Positions 60,458 through 64,000 of a stretch of 64,000 bases of DNA are shown piece after piece. A model generated the notes under the pieces. That model saw nothing but the letters and a program-made list of their open reading frames with translations, did not search any database and was not told the origin of the DNA. Within the stretch, counting starts at the first letter, position 1. The number at the start of each line of letters is the position of its first letter. This DNA is from Mobula hypostoma (lineage: Eukaryota). The translations under genes were made by a program, and so were the position numbers. The stretch spans positions 2,418,001 through 2,482,000 of the forward strand of contig NC_086108.1 of the NCBI RefSeq assembly GCF_963921235.1. The letters are read 5' to 3'.

Positions 60458-61774
60458 ATGTAGGATTGTTCTGTAGAATATGCAGAACAGTCTTTATTTT
60501 TGTCCTAACTTGGCCTTCTCCTTCACGTCCTCCTCTTTCTTATTTTTCTTTGCCCTGAAATGTGAACTCCTTTTGTTTTTCCACACGTGCTACTTCAGAC
60601 CTACATGTTTCCAGTATTGTTTTTTATTTCAGATGTCCTTTTGGAGCCTAGCCAACACTTAGCTCTGTGGGCATTGACTAGAAGGCATGCCTGAGGATCC
60701 ATACAGGAGGTAGCCTGTACTTGCAGGAAGCCTCTCACTGGCTTTGCAGCCCTTCTGCCCAAAGCTGTTCTTCATTAAATTTAATGCATTTTGCGAACTG
60801 TGCCCATCAGCAGTGGCTTCACTCCTGGACTGAGCACATAACATAAGTTAACATCCCCTTAATACTGGAGGAATCCTTTGAGGTCAAACTAATTTGGTGT
60901 TGCTAATTTGAATCACCCTGTTTAAATGTTCAAAGGTTCATTTATTATCAAAGTATTTATGCGGTATACAACTCTGAGATTTGTCTTCTCCAGATAGACA
61001 CAAAACAAAGAAAAACCGTAATAGTGTTCAAAATGCATCAAGCATTCCCCGCACAAAAAAACCTTACAAATCGTACAACAGCAGCAAGGGCGTCAGACCC
61101 CACCTCCACTCACACAAATAAACAAATCGGGCGAACTGTGAAAATAACAAACCCTAACCGCCCCCTCCTGCACAAAAAACTTATAAATTGCCTAATTAAA
61201 AAGCTCAGAGGGCACCAAGAAAGACAGGCAAAAACACAGTATAAATGACATCAAACCAAAGAGTCCAGTCCAATCAATTAGTCGGTAGCATCCCCTGACA
61301 GCCTCGAAGAGAGAGAGAGACTACTTGAATGCAGAGGCAGAGCAGTGAGAGAGATTTGCCTCCTTCCCAGATGAATATCAAGGTGGAGGGAGGAAACTAC
61401 AGATGTTGGAATCACTCAGCTGATCAAACGTCACCTACGAGGGGAAAAATAGGGTTAATGGTTCCAATTAAAGATTCAAAATCCATTTATCATCACAGTA
61501 TGAATACAGAATACAACTCTGAGATTTGTCCTCCCGCAGGCAGCCACAGAGCGAAGGAACACCATGGAAAACTCTAAACACCCAATATGCAGAAAAAAAG
61601 CCAAATTGTGCAAATGGCAAAAGTAAGCAATCAACATATAGAATATTAAACGTCAGATCACGAGTCCAGGAGTGTTTGATTTAGTTCAGTTCAGCATCAC
61701 GCCACTAGCCCACTGCCGGCCGCAGGGCTGAAGTGCCCCAGACTGCATTGTTCACCACAATCTTGCCTGACAGA

Positions 61775-64000
61775 TCTGTTGGAATTCTTTGAAGAAGTAA
61801 CAAGCAGGCTAGACATCGGAGAATCAGTTGATGTTATGTATTTGGATTTTCAGAAGGCCTTTGACCAGGTGCCATACATGAGGCTGCTTAGTACATGAGC
61901 CCATGGTATTACAGGAAAGATGCTAGCATAGATAAAGCAGTGGCTGATTGTCTGGAGGCAATCTGACTGGCTGCCGGTGCCTAGTGGTATTCCACGTGGG
62001 GTCTGTGTTGGGACCAATTCTTTTTACGGTATATGTCAGTCATTTGGATGTTGGAATTGATGGCTTTGTTGCAAAGTTTGCAGATGCTATGAAGATAGAT
62101 GGAGGAGCAGGTAGTTTTGAAGAAGTAGAGAGGCTACAGAAGGACTTGTACAGATTAGGAGAATGGGCAAAGAAATGACAGCTGAAATACAGTGTCGGGA
62201 AGTGTATGGTCATGTAGTTTGGTAGAAGAAATGAAAGGGGTGACTATTTTCTAAGTGGAGAGAAAATAGTCAAATCTGAGGTGCATAGGGACTTGGGAGT
62301 CCATGTGCAAGATTCTCTAAAGGTTAATTTGGAGGTTGAATCTGTGCTGAGGAAGGCAAATGCAGTGTTCGCATTTATTTCAAAAGGACTAGAATATAAA
62401 AGCAAGGATGTAATGTTGAAAACTTCATAAAGCACTGATGAGGCCCCACTTGGAATATTGTGAGCAGATTTGGGTGCCTTATCTTAGAAAAGATGTGCTG
62501 AAATTGGAGAGGGTTCAAAGGAGGTTCATGAAAATAATTCCAGGATTGAAAACACAAAATAATCTGCAGATGCTGGGGTCAAAGCAACACTCACAACACG
62601 CTGGAGGATCTCAGCAGGTTGGGCAGCATCCGTGGAAAAGATCGGTCGACTTTTTAGGCCAGAACCCTTCGTCAGGACTGTAGGGGGAAGGGGCAGAGGC
62701 TCTATAAAGAAGGTGGGGGGAGGGTGGGAAGGAGAAGGCTGGTAGGTTCCAGGTGAAAAACCAGTAAGGGGAAAGATAAAGGGGTGGGGGAAGGGAGGCA
62801 GGGAGGTGATAGGCAGGAAAAGTGAAGAAGGAATAGGGGAAAACACAATGGGTAGTAGAAGGAGGCGGAACCAAGAGGGAGGTGGTAGGCAGGGGGGAGG
62901 GGGCAGAGTGACATAGGGATAGGGGAAGGGAAGGGGAGGGAATTACTGGAAGTTGGAGAATTCTATGTTCATACCAAGGGGCTAGAGACTACCTAGGGGG
63001 TATATGAGGTGTTGCTCCTCCAACCTGAGTTTAGCCTCATCATGGCAGTAGAGGAGGCCATGTATAGACATATCTGAATGGGAGTGGGAAGCAGAGTTGA
63101 AGTGGGTGGCTACTGGGAGATCCTGTCTGTATTGACGGATGGAGCGGAGGTGCTCGACGAAGCGGTTCCCCAATCTGCGTCGGGTTTCACCAATATAGAG
63201 GAGGCTGCATCGGGAGCACAGGATGCAATAGATGACCCCAACAGACTCACAAGTGAAGTGTTGCCTCACTTGGAAGTACTGTCTGGGGCCCTGAATGGTG
63301 GCAAGAGAGGAGGTGTAGCACTTGCGCTTACAGGGATAAGTGCCAGGTGGGAGATCCGTGGGGAGGGACGTGTGGACCAGGGAGTCGCGGAGGGACCGAT
63401 CCCTGCGGAAGGCAGAGAGGGGTGGAGAGGGAAAGATGTGCTTAGTGGTGGGATCCTGTCGAAGGTGGCGGAAGTTGCAGAGGATAATGTGCTGGATCCG
63501 GAGGCTGGTGGGGTGGTAGGTGAGGACAAGGAGAACTCTGTCCCTGTTGTGGTGGCGGGAGGATGGGGTGAGAGCCGAAGTGCGGGAAATGGAGGAGATG
63601 CGGGTGAGGGCATCATTGATGACAGCAGAAGGGACAGCAGAAATTCCAGGGTTGAATGGCTTGTCATTTGAAGAGTGTCTGATGGCTCTGGGCCTATATT
63701 CACTGGAATTCAGAAGAATGAGGGGTGACCTATTTGAAACCTATCGAATCGTGAAAGGGCTTGATAGAGTGGATGTGGAGAGGATGTTTCCTATGGTGGA
63801 CTGGTCCAAGACCAGAAGACGCTGCGTTAGAATAGAGGGGTGTCCTTTTAGAATGGAGATGAGGAGGAATTTCTTTAGCCAGACAGTGGTGAATCTGTGG
63901 AATTCTTTGCCACAAGCAGCTGTGGAGGTCAAGCCTTTATATTTAAGGCAGAGGTTGATAGATTCTTGGTGGATCAGGGCATGAAAGGATATGGGGAGAA
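61775..64000 (+). mobile_element. CR1 LINE RT remnant, interrupted by a Penelope insertion at 62551-63641
   Basis: GSVLGPILF, AKFADAMK, RPHLEYCEQIW; resumes after the TSD with GLSFEECLMALGLYSLEFRRMRGDL. Confidence 0.9.
62551..63641 (-). mobile_element. Penelope-like 3' fragment inserted into a CR1 LINE, 15-bp TSD
   Basis: ORF 62982..63269 is GIY-YIG; AATTCCAGG(A/G)TTGAA at 62536-62550 and 63642-63656. Confidence 0.92.

Overview
Vertebrate genomic DNA, most likely a cartilaginous fish (ray or shark). This is inferred from the repeat landscape: CR1/HER1-type LINEs, tRNA-headed V-SINE/HE1-type SINEs, abundant Rex1/Babar and Penelope-like elements. The window is almost entirely intronic sequence of one plus-strand gene, a divergent BTBD7-like BTB/POZ gene. 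Three coding exons splice in frame: 25294-25375, 38034-39098 and 55841-56049; the gene continues beyond the window. Nearly all other listed ORFs are decayed transposon fragments or their antisense shadows. The most notable non-coding structures are: (i) a full-length U6 snRNA retrocopy fused with no spacer to the 5' end of a complete tRNA-derived SINE (34629-35004); (ii) a TSD-flanked, ORF-less, bipartite RTE-type element whose 5' end folds by eye into an HDV-like ribozyme with the predicted cleavage site at the element boundary (25468-25997); (iii) two Penelope-like families carrying minimal hammerhead ribozyme motifs, repeatedly inserted as inverted-pLTR structures; (iv) a complete Tc1 element, a Gypsy-like solo LTR and a CR1 5' end with 91-bp tandem monomers. 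Family names come from motif recognition and memory, not database searches.
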